From Amoebidium appalachense (lineage: Eukaryota > Protista > Ichthyosporea), in contig CAVNZM010000017.1 in NCBI GenBank assembly GCA_963693365.1, positions 5,694,708-5,758,707 of the forward strand: a stretch of 64,000 nucleotides of DNA, read 5' to 3'. Of this stretch, positions 29,361 to 40,828 are shown one piece after another (within the stretch, counting starts at the first letter, position 1; each line of letters opens with the position of its first letter). The position numbers and the translations under genes are program-made. The notes beneath the pieces are model-generated. The model was given only the letters and a program-made list of their open reading frames with translations, was not told the origin of the DNA and ran no database searches.

Positions 29361-30189
29361 ATATATACATGGGGTTTACGCTGTTTACTTGAGGCAAAGG
29401 GCCATGTGGGAGGCATGATCATCGATGCAATGATCGAACCTACTGTACATGTAAGAACCCATTTGCCAGTGTTTTTACATTATGTGCGTGTGTGTGTGTG
29501 TGTAAAGCCATGTTTATAGTGTGTGCAGGCGTGTAGTGCCAGTATCATGAACGTGCCATGAAGCCTCGGGCCCGCAACCAGCCTCAGCTTGGCGTATGAT
29601 GATGCCGTCGAATGTGGCTGGGCCTCGGGCAGTGTCCACGCAATAAAAAAGTGTGTAAACCCTATGATGATGCCATGCGGCAGATCAAGGGGGAGTAGTG
29701 TACTAGTTTGGTGTAACCAAATTAGGCAATTGGTTGATCTATTTTGCCCTATTTAGCTCGAAAAATGCGCTTAAATTGGTAGCCGATGCTCAGTGTTTAC
29801 CCATGCGTGACCCGGAGCCTATAGGAATCGCGGTTCGCATCGAATAACGACATTCGTGACATGAGGTCGTTTTCAATCAGTGTCAATCACAGCGTATTTG
29901 CAACGGGCACTCTGGAAGTTCCCAGTTAAAGGTCACCACTGTTGCATTTTGGGACGGTAACGCAATGGTGTGTGAAGGCTTATGTACAAATTAGCTCACC
30001 ACTGCATCAGCCGTTTCTCAGTTACACAACTGGCACTGAGTGGGGCCACATCATCGTAAAGCATTACTAACGCATTTGACTGAGTTTCACACGGGTTGAA
30101 GTTGAACTTAGTTGAGCATACACCATCACGCGTACGTCGACCGTTTGGCTGCTAGCGTTCCGCCGGTGACCTCGCTGGCACAAACCACA

Positions 30190-32666
30190 ATGAGTTCCCT
30201 TTTACGCAAAACTGCCGCTTCGGATTCTCTGACAGAGTCCACGAGCACATCGGTGAGGCAGTGGGCGGGCCCCGTCAGAATCTTGTCCCTCCTACTGCTT
30301 CTTCTCCTTCTCAATGTTTTGCATCCGGCGCATGCGCAGGTGCAGCCGCTCAACACCTCCGTCAACATCTTTAGATCACTACCTAAGACATGGCCCATGC
30401 CAGACTCCCCATCCTATTTTTCGCTCGAGCCAGCCCTTGCCCCCTCGATATTGGCCCGGAGGCATGTACTGTGTGCAGCGATGCCATGCCCAGACTGCCT
30501 TCTGCAGCTTGCAGACACGAACGCCTGCTCTGACCAAGTGTTTGCGGGGATAGACACCAATACGCCACAAAACAGAACCGCAATCGTCCTTGTGAGGGGG
30601 GATGTCGTTCTACCTAAAACGCAGTCGCTCATCGTTAACCAGTTGCCAGCCAACACAAACCTGGGCGTAGCTCTTGTAGGCTGCAGCGGCACCGGTCCCC
30701 AACCGGCGGAGAACGGCCAGCCATCCTTGGCCGGCCTTTTTTGCAAGGATGAGTTTACCAATGCTAACACTCACTCAGAACTTGGCCCGCGGGTGGGTCT
30801 GGCAGTGTCACAGCCAACAAGTCTCACGGGCCAGGGCACGGTTTCGTTAGTTTTAGTCGGGCTCAGGATTAGGGATTGTGCTCCCGCGTTGAGCGTGAAG
30901 GGCATTAGTAGTGTGGAGATGGACGGTGTGGCGATAGAGGGCAACGGCGAGGCCACTGCGGGCCAGGTATGATGAATTCTTTTTTGTGTTGGTATATTTT
31001 TTGTGCATTGATGACTGCAGTTGCTTGACCTTTGAAAACAGCATCCGATGCGCACCGCTCATCTGATGCGGACCGGGAAGGCGGGTCTTTTTTTATGTCT
31101 CGTAACCGTTGTCAATGAGTACTTGTTCAAGCTTGCGGTTTGCTTGTCCTTCTTATTATCGCTGTCCAGTCCGATGGCAGAGTATAGCGCCGTGACCGTG
31201 TACCTTTCAGGTTTCGTGAGTCAACTCTATATAACCTTGTACCGTACACCGAGACTGAGAAAAAAAGAAAGAAAAAAAGAAGGAAAGTAAGAAAAGAAAA
31301 GGACACTCGGAGGTTGAAACACAAGGAAAATAAGAAACCTGGAATAACAAAACAACAGGAAAAAGGAAAGAAAAGAATAAGGAAGGCTTGTGTGCGGCGC
31401 TATTGAATGCTTACATTTCCACGTGCACTGTTCACGTATGTTCCTGATGGAGTTTATTCTCACCATGCGGTATGCGCAGGTTGTGGCCAGCGGCGGACTG
31501 AACCTCGACATGGTGAATGGGGTCAGTATCGCAAATTCAATTTTCAAGAATAATTCCGGAACCGACGGGGCTGCCGTGCGAATAGTCACCGTCGAGGAAG
31601 GGAAGGTAGCAATCACGGATTGTATTTTTGAGTCCAACCGGGCTGCCGGTAAGGGAGGGGCTGTTGCGGTGGATGGTATTAAGGCCAGGTTCAGGTTAGC
31701 GCGTTCAACCTTTAAGCGGAACTCAGCCTATTATGGCGGGGCAGTATTCACGTCAGTCAGTACGCTCATTTCCGGATGCGAGTTTACGGACAACAACGTA
31801 GATCTGGAGCTCCGAATCACGGACACTGTGAGCAAAACTATGGTACAGGAACGTCTTTTCCGCACCGGTGGTGCAGTTACCGCCGCCGAAGCCATTTGGG
31901 TTTTCGATTCCAAATTTACCAAAAATTGGGCAAACCAGGGTGGCGCACTAGTAATGACGACGGGATCATCGGTGATTTGGGGTTCCGAATTTGAAGAAAA
32001 TCAGGTGACCCCATTGTCAGGGAATAACATATTGGGATCCCTCTGGTACGATAGGAAACAGGCCGGGGCGGTGATGGCTAAAAACGGGGTTTCTGTGGGA
32101 AATTCACGGTTCACCAATAACCATGCTGATGATGTTGGCGGGGCCATTCAATCCGATGACTATGTGCGTGCGATTAACTCCACATTTACCGGCAACAACT
32201 GTGAGGTCTATAAGGGTGGCGCCATTTCAGGTGAGCACTGGTCTAGGTTCTGCCACTAACCGTAAGTATAAAGAAGCCTATAGGGTTAACCTTAAGTATA
32301 TATGACTTGATACACGGTACTAAATGTAAACCGGGATGATAGCATGCCATGCCCGGCGCTATCATAATAAGGCCCTTACCGTGGGATATAGTACTAGATA
32401 GGAGGCTGAGGCAAAATTTAGTCGCCTGTAGACTTAAAGTATACGAGTATGTGAGCCGCTCTTTACATAGTTAAGCGTTAAGTATGTATCATCTTTCCGG
32501 CTGTAACATTAAACACTGAGTACTACTACATATCAACCCCCAGCAACCACGGTGACCACCACCACCACCACTACCGGTACCACCACAAAAACAAACAAAC
32601 AAACAAACAAACAAGTTAAAAAAGGAAAAAACCCACTACCACCACCACCACACACACACACACACT

Positions 32667-32742
<76 letters not shown>

Positions 32743-34035
32743 GTCACACACACACACACATGCACACTGAGACTCTGTTAACACTACCGGTCAGTGTACT
32801 TGAACGTTTACTTTTCATGTGCCCTATGCCCTTTTTCTCATCATGTGGTTGTGCTTCGCATAGCCAACACATTCTACCTCCCCCTCCCCAACCCCCCCCC
32901 CCCCCCCTCCCCCCCCCCCCCCCCCCCCAACACACACACACATAAACACACACCACTACTCCGTCTCAGACTATTCTTCAGTCCCTTATCTGTCAACATC
33001 TTGACCCACTTCTCCCTGTCTATTGCCCATTCAGCCGAGTACGACGTTGAAATCACGGGGTGTCTATTTGCAAACAACAGTGTTCCTGATGTCGGCGAGG
33101 GAGGGGCCATCAATGCATACGGGGTGAAGATTAACGACACTACGTTTATCGGCAACAACGCAAAGGAGGGTGGGGCTGTGTATGTTTCATTCGAGGGCAC
33201 GGCTCTGTTGATTCGGTGCACATTTAAAGAAAACACGGCCAGTTTCGTGGGGGGGGCAGTCTACACCACCGGGACCATGCTGGTGTTGGGCCCAAGTATA
33301 TTTACGGGCAACAACGCAACGATGAAGGGCGGCGCCATATACGTGGGTATGTAACTCCCTTTTTTAAAAAATATGGCAAATCATTGTAATTTGAATTCGA
33401 TAGGCTACCTGGAATGGCCCATATAAACGGGCCCAGCATACTATGAATGTGTAAATATGACGGAGAGTCCAGCACACTTTCTTCCGAATATGGCAATATG
33501 CATGGGTATCGCATACGTATACACACTGTTTTCCTAGTCTAAAAATATGAGTGGCCGGGTACGGCACACTCACAGCCTTAGTAATATAGAAATCATGCAT
33601 GGCCCATATACGCACAACACTGGCTTCCTTCCTACTGATATAGCGATTTAATATATGCATCATCAGATGCTGTGTCTCTTTCCGAATTCAAGTTCTTTTT
33701 CATGGCCGCCATATTTTCTTCCGATCATCCTACAGCCCTTGCGCGTTGTGGGTGCTGCTTAAATCTGCCATCATGGGGAATGATGCAGTGTGTATGTCCT
33801 TTAAGGTTTAAAGCACACACCTCGCATTAATGTCTGGTTTTGCAGCAACATGTAATACCTCTCACTCCGTCTGTGTGTTTCTTACAGCCGGCAAAGGCGC
33901 CATGCGTGCCGTGGGAGCCACCTTCTACAACAATCGAGTCACTGAAGGGGAGGACCGTGACGAATTTGGGGGGGGTGCGATTGGAGCATCCAAATTGGAC
34001 GAACCCGACGCCGTCATCCGTGGAGAAGTGGGGTA
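30190..34035 (+). CDS. RTK2 5' part: hydrophobic signal region plus PMP-like right-handed beta-helix repeats (GGA[IV]/FxxN)
   Basis: Exons 30190-30966 (ILSLLLLLLLLNVLHPAHA|Q), 31480-32230, 33035-33346, 33888-34035. Recurrent FxxN...GGAV/GGAI motifs. GT-AG boundaries in compatible phase. Confidence 0.85.
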
Positions 34036-34124
34036 TCTATGAAAACTACTCCGGGACGTGTGTTGCCTCTAGGGGGACATCCCCTTGGACGAAAGTGAAC
34101 CTGCAATGGTTGTAAACCACGGCA
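34036..34124 (-). repeat. Ngaro terminal repeat B2 (matches B1 at 34595-34683)
   Basis: TCTATGAAAACTACTCCGGG...GTAAACCACGGCA occurs at both positions. Confidence 0.95.
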
Positions 34125-34257
34125 GGCCCCCAGTCATCAATTTATTGATCCGTGAGGTCCTTGTGCCCAAAAAACGGGGGAAGTCTTCGCCCCGTGAAAA
34201 AAAACAGCACGTATGTGGGGATCAATGGGGGTTGAGTGTAGGGTGTAGGTGGGTGGG

Positions 34258-34594
34258 TGAAAAAGAAAATATAGCTGTAAAGCTGTAGGTGCTAAACACA
34301 GAAGATGTGTTGTTGCTTGCTGATCTGCTAAAAACTGTCGTGCTTATATACCTACGGCTACCGAACTGAGCCAATCAAAACCGATCTAGTGTTATGTGAA
34401 ATCTTATCCTGAGCCAATCAAACTCGGTCTAGTGATCTGTGGAATCTGATGTTTTGATCGGCTAATAGGTGCCCGTATGCGGGCAGCCGAACGCGAACTG
34501 CTAAAACATGAAACGAAGCCTGTAGATATCGGACACCCATCCTACGTATTTACCCAGAAAAATATTTATGTCAATAATTTCCACAAATAAAACC
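34258..34594 (-). repeat. Ngaro repeat A2 (matches A1 at 45038-45374)
   Basis: TGAAAAAGAAAATATAGC...CCACAAATAAAACC occurs at both positions; no differences spotted by eye. Confidence 0.95.
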
Positions 34595-34711
34595 TCTATG
34601 AAAACTACTCCGGGACGTGTGTTGCCTCTAGGGGGACATCCCCTTGGACGAAAGTGAACCTGCAATGGTTGTAAACCACGGCACGAGAGCAGTATGCTTG
34701 CTCCAAAGGTT

Positions 34712-35748
34712 TCACTTAAGAATAGAGGCGAATACACGTGTGGTGGTGGCAGCAATGGAGGCCGGACGAAGTCGGGTATAGATCAGGAAACAGTCGGAGG
34801 ACCACCTGCCGAGTTGTTTGATCCGGGAGTCGTCGACCCCGGCCTCAGCCAGTGCTGTGGCCCCCCCGATGCGGAGGCTGTGTCCGGCAAACCGGGAGGG
34901 TGAGAGGCCTGCCCGGGAGAGGAGGGCACGGAAGTCGGCAGAGAAAGCACTCTTGGTGTAGGGGATGCCACCGAGACTGAAGAGGGGGTCGTCGGGTTGA
35001 CCGGACGTTGTATCCAGGAACTGCCGGAGGAGATGGGCTGGGGAGAAGTGGGTGAGGGGCAGGGCAGCTAGAGTGACGTTGACACCTCGGGCCTGTACAT
35101 CCGTCTTAGAGGTTGGCAGGTGGAGGGTGGCATGGGACAAAGTACCGGTGGGGGTGTAGGTGAAGGTCACGTCTTTCCGTTTAACGTGACGGGACGGGTC
35201 GAAAGAAGTCAGGGTCTTGGAGGTAAATTCCCCTGACCGGAGGAGACCACAGAAACCGACGATGAGGGCCGTCCATAGCCGGAGATTGGCCGAGGAGGCC
35301 TTGCCAAGGTGGGGCACTGGCCGTGAAGTAGGCTGAGGTGGGAGGGCAGGAGGGGTTCCCTGGTGGATGAGCGGGGTCGGATGTTGTGAGAAAGCTGCCA
35401 TCTGCCCACCCCCCGTAGGAACCAGGCCAGAGACTTGTCGTGGGGGTAGGGAGCAGGGAGGCCCATGTCGAGGTGGAGCCTGGTGATGGCCGAATTGTAG
35501 CCGGTTAAGGAAGAGGCCTGTACCCCTCGTTGGGCACACCAGGCGAGAAAAAGTTGCACGGTGTGTGGGGAGGCCGGGAGGGAGGACCCGGAGGGGGATT
35601 GCAGCCGAGATGCCACACAGAAATCGATGAACACTTTTTGCACCCGGGAGTAAAAGGCCCGAGAGTCGAGGTTGAGACTCAGGGCCTGGCATTCCTGCAG
35701 GGTAGTGGTGGCTCGAAGCAGCTCGGCCGGAGCAAAGTGGGGGGCCAA
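34712..35748 (-). CDS. Tyrosine recombinase of the Ngaro element; one frameshift near 35310
   Basis: C-terminal frame has catalytic motifs LLRSGE, SKTD, HSLRIGGAT and LGRWSSDCFLIY. The N-terminal part (ORF 35209-35748, YSRVQKVFIDFC...FLAWC...YNSAI) is in another frame and switches at a short C-run. Confidence 0.9.
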
Positions 35749-35779
35749 TCTGCCAGCGTTGCTCCGGAACGGGAGATCT

Positions 35780-35811
<32 letters not shown>

Positions 35812-35814
<3 letters not shown>

Positions 35815-37464
35815 GCCCAAGGGAAGGGATAGGAACTCATGGACCCAGGAGGGGAAGGGGCAGGGCTCCGGTTGCAGGGATGGTCGGAGTCGTCGGGCCC
35901 GGGGAAGTTGGTTACGAGAAATGGCATCGGCCAGATGGTTGAGGGGTCCTGGTAGGTAGGATGCCTGTAACGTAAATTGGTATTGCATTTCCATGCGGGT
36001 GATGAACCGAATAAGTTTGGCCATCACGGGGTGGGGGGAAGACCGGGAGTGCAGGTCAGACACAGCACCCGTGTTGTCGCATAAAATACGGACATGGTGG
36101 GTGGACCAGGAGGGGGCCCAGAGGGCCACGGCGGCTGCGATGGCCAGGAGTTCGATTACGGAAGAACCGAGTTTACCCTCATGAGCATAGAGGGCTTGGG
36201 TGGAGGGGGACCAGGGCATGAAGAACCATTGGTCGAGCCAGTGGCCTCCTAGACCCACCGATCCGGCAGCATCGGTGGCCAGGGTAGTGTATGTGGGGGG
36301 TGTGATGAGGTGCACCCCATTCCATGATGTGAGGAACTGGTGCCATTCGGCTATGTCGGCCCGGGCGGCAGCAGTCAGTCGTATGTGGTGGTGGCCGGCA
36401 AGGTGTGGGTGGGTCCGGAGAAGGGCCCATAGGCGCTGGGAGAAGGCCCTCCCGGGGGGAACCAGCTGGGCACACCAGGTGAGTTTGCCGAGGAGGGACT
36501 GGAGGTCCCGAATGGTGATGGTGGGCTTTGGGTGGGCAGTGAGGTCGAGTAGGTCCGAGAGCTTGGAAGCCGGGATTCGTGCCTCCATGGCGATGGAGTC
36601 GAATTCGATACCGATGAAGACGACACGGGTAGCCGGGCCCTGCATCTTGTCTTCGGAGATGGCAATGTGCAGCTCTCGGCAGAGTTGCAGGAAGGTGGAG
36701 AGGTGACGTTGGCACTGCTCTTGTGTGGGGGCGACTATAATCCAGTCGTCCACGTAGTGGCGGATGAGGGTAATACCGTGCTGGTGTGCCAGCCACTGTA
36801 GGGTGGCCGCGATCCGTTCCCAGATGGCTGGGCTAGATTTCAGGCCGAAGGGCAGTCTGGTTTCAACGTAAAAATGCCCCAGCCATTTGAATGCCATTAA
36901 GTGATGGTCTTCTGGTCGGATGGGCATGTGCCGGAAGGCAGCCTGCACATCTGCCACGGCCATGTAGCAGCCGGGGCCTGCGTCGAGAATGAGCTGGGTG
37001 ACGTCCCGGGCGCGAATGTACTGAAGTTCGTCGGGGTAGGTGATGCTGTCATTGACACTGCTACCCCGGGGCCAGGAGAGGTGGTGGATTCGACGGTACT
37101 TGGGGGGGTTCCCTTTCTTGGTAACAGCGCCGATGGGGGAGGAACGGTGGACCGGAAATTCGTCAAAGAATTGGGCCGGGGAGAGGGGGCCGCGCAGATG
37201 GCCGAGGGCGACCTCTTTGGCAATATCCGCCGTGATAGCGGAAGCTGCCTCCGGGGTGGTGGGTAGGTTGGGGCCCACCCGAGAGGTGGAGGGGCCGCGA
37301 TAGCCGATGTCGACACCGAATTCGACATCGTGGAGGAGTTGTGCGGCGAATGATTGGTCTGGGTAGGAGGCCAGCAGTTCCCGGAGGCGGGAGGTGTCAA
37401 TGTGGTGCTGGGGCAGCGGGCGGGCCTCCGGGTCTGAGCCTCGGGGGAAGGGGGTGGTTAGCAA
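35812..37464 (-). CDS. Reverse transcriptase-RNase H of the Ngaro element, separated from its upstream region by the copia insertion
   Basis: KYRRIHHLSWP, ADVQAAFRH, LPFGLKSSP, HYVDD; RNase H motifs TDAA, ELLAI, CDN, NHLADAISR. Confidence 0.95.
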
Positions 37465-37525
37465 GGGTGGGGCACCCTCGGGGAGATCCCGGCAGCGGGG
37501 GGGGGGGGGGGGGGGGGGGGGGGGG

Positions 37526-38290
37526 TGTTGGACATTGTGTTCATAGAAGCTAGTTCTAGTGCACGTTGTTCCTTCTGTAAGTCAGAAATGATTGCATCTT
37601 GTGAGGCCAACCTCTGCTCCAGTAGTTGGACTAGTTGCTGCAACTGTAAGTTGTCAGACATAGTGTCGTGTATGATGGGTAACTAGTCTATGTGTTTTGT
37701 GCACTGGAAACGACAGTAGAAAAGTGTAAATCAAACGTTCTGCTTCCCATGTTTGTGACATGGGAGGCACTGCTTTATATAGTCGTTGGCCACCTCATGG
37801 TGGCCTCGTGTGCACCCTGGTGGTGGGCCATGTACAGCATGGCCGAAAAGAGAGCACAATGAAAACAAGTCGTTAAAGATATAAAAGTTAACTGTGCACG
37901 TTGAGTGGCTAGTTAACTTGCACTAAAGCACACAAATAAACGTGTTTAACACACCAATTGCAGTTAAACGTAAATCTTGCTTCACACAACTAAAAATATT
38001 CTGAGAATATCCGGGAATAAAGCACACTACCACTCCAAGAATAGAATCCTGTGGCAAATATAGACATGACATCATCTGAACCGGGAATATTAATTAATGA
38101 GCACAATTAGCACGTTGCTAGTGAAGCTCGTCATTGGTACAGTTTTGGCTCAAACATATAACTACCATATATGAATATGACCGTAAACAAAAGCTCTATG
38201 CACTCGAGTGAGTGTTGAAACAGTTATTCAATTGCTCAGAAACTTTCTCTAACAGACATTGCGAGCCGGGAGTACCAGTGTACTCCAACA
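37526..38290 (-). repeat. Copia 3' LTR
   Basis: Matches 42639-43403; two substitutions noticed by eye (CACTCCAAG/CACTCTAAG, GCGAGCC/GCTAGCC). Confidence 0.97.
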
Positions 38291-38476
38291 CCCCTACTCA
38301 ATTGGATAATTGTGGTATGAATTAATGCAACTGAGCTCGAGTGCTTCAGGTGCACAAAATACAGACAATAAAGATTCCCCTACTCAATTTTAGTATGGTA
38401 CACGTAGTTGCACAGTCGGATGCAACTCTCTCCCCCCCCCTGAAGTATGAGGGCGCAGTTGGTTGATGACGGGTGC

Positions 38477-40828
38477 TCAGCACATGTTGAGCATCCCCAC
38501 GGCCTTGGTGAAGAAAGAGGCAGACAGGGCCTTGGTGAACATGTCGGCCTTGTTGTCAGCAGAAGCCACCGGGACCACAGTGATGTTGCCCAGCAGGTGA
38601 TGTTCCTTGACGGAGCAGTAGCGGACGTCGATGTGCTTGGTCTTGGGCTTAACCCCCAGGGTGTCCAGCAGGGCCCGGGCAGACTCATTGTCCCCATGGA
38701 TGGGCACCGGGGTGGGCTCATTGATAGGATTAAGGCCCAGGTCGTCCATCACATAGTTGAGCCATAGGGCCTCGTTCGTAGCAGCAGACATGGCCACAAA
38801 TTCAGCCTCAGTGGAGCTGTGGGTGGTGATGGACTGGAGCCGAGACACCCAGGACACAGGGGAGGAGTTGATGAAGAAGACATAGCCCGTGGTGGAGCGC
38901 CGGGTGTCGCGGTCCTCGGCGTAGTCGGAGTCGGAGTAGCCAACAAGGTTGGGGGGGCCGGGACGGTAGACAATACCCAGGTCGATGGTGGCCAGCAGGT
39001 AGCTTACAACTCTGGTAGCCATAGTCCAGTGGGTGACGGTGGGCGCATGAATGTGTCGAGTAAGGACTCCCAGAGCCTGGGAAATGTCGGGGCGGGTGGT
39101 ACGCGCAATCCACAGCAGGGCACCGACCAGGCTGGCATAGTCCTCCTTCTTGCTGTAGGCTGGGGTCTTGTTGCTTTCACTGGCCTGGCCCGGGACGATG
39201 GGGGTCTTGGTGCCGGACATGTGGGTGAGACGAAAACGGGCAGCCAAGTCGATGATGTGTTGACGATGGCCCAGACGCAGAGACCCGTCCTCCAGCCAGG
39301 TAAGAGTGTGCCCGATGAGCAGGGTAGGACGACCCAGGTCCTTGGCAGAGAAACGAGCATCCAGCTTGGTGAAAAAATCGTCGATGAGCGCATCAGTGGC
39401 GGCCGTCACGGTGAAGTCATCCACGTAGGCAGCAAGGGCAATAAACGTTGGGGTCCCGGCATTCTTGATGAACAGGCACGGGTCAGCAGCACTCACAATG
39501 AAGCCTTGGTCGAGGAGATGGTCACGGAGGGCCTCATACCACTGGCGCGGTGCCTGTTTTAGGCCGTAGAGCGCCTTGTGGAGCAAGCCGACAGCATGGG
39601 GGGCCAAGGGGTTGACGAAGCCAGGGGGCTGCTCAATGTAGATGGTCTCGTTGACGGTGCCGTTGAGGAATGCTGTGTTGACGTCGATGTGGCGCAGAGG
39701 CAGACCTTGGGCCACGGAGGTAGCCAAAACCAGCCGGATGGTAGCCAGCGCAGCCACAGGTGACTCGGTGACGAAATAGTCCTGGCCAGGCTGCTGGTAG
39801 TTGCCCCGGGCCACAAGCCGGGCCTTGAAAGCAGTGACGTTGCCGACGTTGTCCTGCTTGACCGTAAAGACCCAGCCGACCGGAATGACAGTGGAGCCAT
39901 CCTCTGGACGGGGCACAAGGGTGAAGGTGCCGTTGTCTTCCAGGGCCTTGAGCTCACGGTGTGCAGCCTCCTCCCATTTCAGACGCTGGGGACTCTTGAG
40001 TGCAGCCCGGACAGTCTTGGGGACAACAATGGTGGAAGCCTTGATGGGTGTTGATGCAGGAGCCGTAGCCTGGGGGGCAAGGGGGGCCGTAGCAGCAGCC
40101 ACGTTGGCAGTCGGGCCTCGACGTTGGTCGTTGTACACAGCGCCACTACGGGTCGTCCGGGGGAGCCGATGTGCAGGCTCGGGCAGGATCGGAATGTCCA
40201 ATTGATCACTCGGCGCTGTCCCATTGGCTGACAGACGAGACGAATCAGATTGCTGATCATTCCGGACGATGTGATTGGCTGGCTGATTTGACGAATCAGA
40301 TGACTCCAAAAAATGATGAATTGCCGGTGCGGTCGACCAATCAGATGGGACATCACGGAGGGGGTGCAGAATAGCAGCCTCGTCGAACTGCACGTCACGG
40401 CTGACGGTCATCTTGTGTGCTGCTGGAATCCAGACCTTGTAGCCCTTGATGTTAGGAGGGTAGCCCACGAAGATGCCCTTGACGGCACGAGGCGCCAGTT
40501 TCGGTGTATCCTGTTGATGGACGTAGCAGGGAGAGCCCCAGACACGGAGCCGGCTGTAGTCGGGAGGAATGCCGGTCCACAGCAGGGCGGGAGACGATTG
40601 GCTGCCGGTGGCTCGCGACGGGAGCATGTTGCGTATAAAAGCCGCGGTCACAGCTGCCTCGGCCCAGAATCCCACCGGAAGGCCGGACTGCTGCAGGAGT
40701 GCCCGAACCATGTCGAGGAGGGTCCGGTTCAGTCGTTCGGCAGTCCCATTCTGTTGAGGAGAGCCGGTGGTAGTGATCTGATGGCGAATGCCATGCTCAC
40801 GGTTGTAGTCCCCGAAGGCCGTGCCCAT
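38477..40828 (-). CDS. Copia pol, C-terminal part: integrase core end, RT, RNase H
   Basis: SPQQNGTAERLNRTL, KARLVARG, DVNTAFLNG, KALYGLKQAPRQW, AYVDD, YSDSDYA, SSTEAEF, KHIDVRY, ADMFTK. Confidence 0.96.
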   Translation of the reverse strand: MGTAFGDYNREHGIRHQITTTGSPQQNGTAERLNRTLLDMVRALLQQSGLPVGFWAEAAVTAAFIRNMLPSRATGSQSSPALLWTGIPPDYSRLRVWGSPCYVHQQDTPKLAPRAVKGIFVGYPPNIKGYKVWIPAAHKMTVSRDVQFDEAAILHPLRDVPSDWSTAPAIHHFLESSDSSNQPANHIVRNDQQSDSSRLSANGTAPSDQLDIPILPEPAHRLPRTTRSGAVYNDQRRGPTANVAAATAPLAPQATAPASTPIKASTIVVPKTVRAALKSPQRLKWEEAAHRELKALEDNGTFTLVPRPEDGSTVIPVGWVFTVKQDNVGNVTAFKARLVARGNYQQPGQDYFVTESPVAALATIRLVLATSVAQGLPLRHIDVNTAFLNGTVNETIYIEQPPGFVNPLAPHAVGLLHKALYGLKQAPRQWYEALRDHLLDQGFIVSAADPCLFIKNAGTPTFIALAAYVDDFTVTAATDALIDDFFTKLDARFSAKDLGRPTLLIGHTLTWLEDGSLRLGHRQHIIDLAARFRLTHMSGTKTPIVPGQASESNKTPAYSKKEDYASLVGALLWIARTTRPDISQALGVLTRHIHAPTVTHWTMATRVVSYLLATIDLGIVYRPGPPNLVGYSDSDYAEDRDTRRSTTGYVFFINSSPVSWVSRLQSITTHSSTEAEFVAMSAATNEALWLNYVMDDLGLNPINEPTPVPIHGDNESARALLDTLGVKPKTKHIDVRYCSVKEHHLLGNITVVPVASADNKADMFTKALSASFFTKAVGMLNMC

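Noticed and set aside
34036-34124. Hammerhead ribozyme in the Ngaro B repeat (stem followed by GGACGAAA)
   Set aside because: No correctly placed CUGANGA core was found; only a short hairpin is present.
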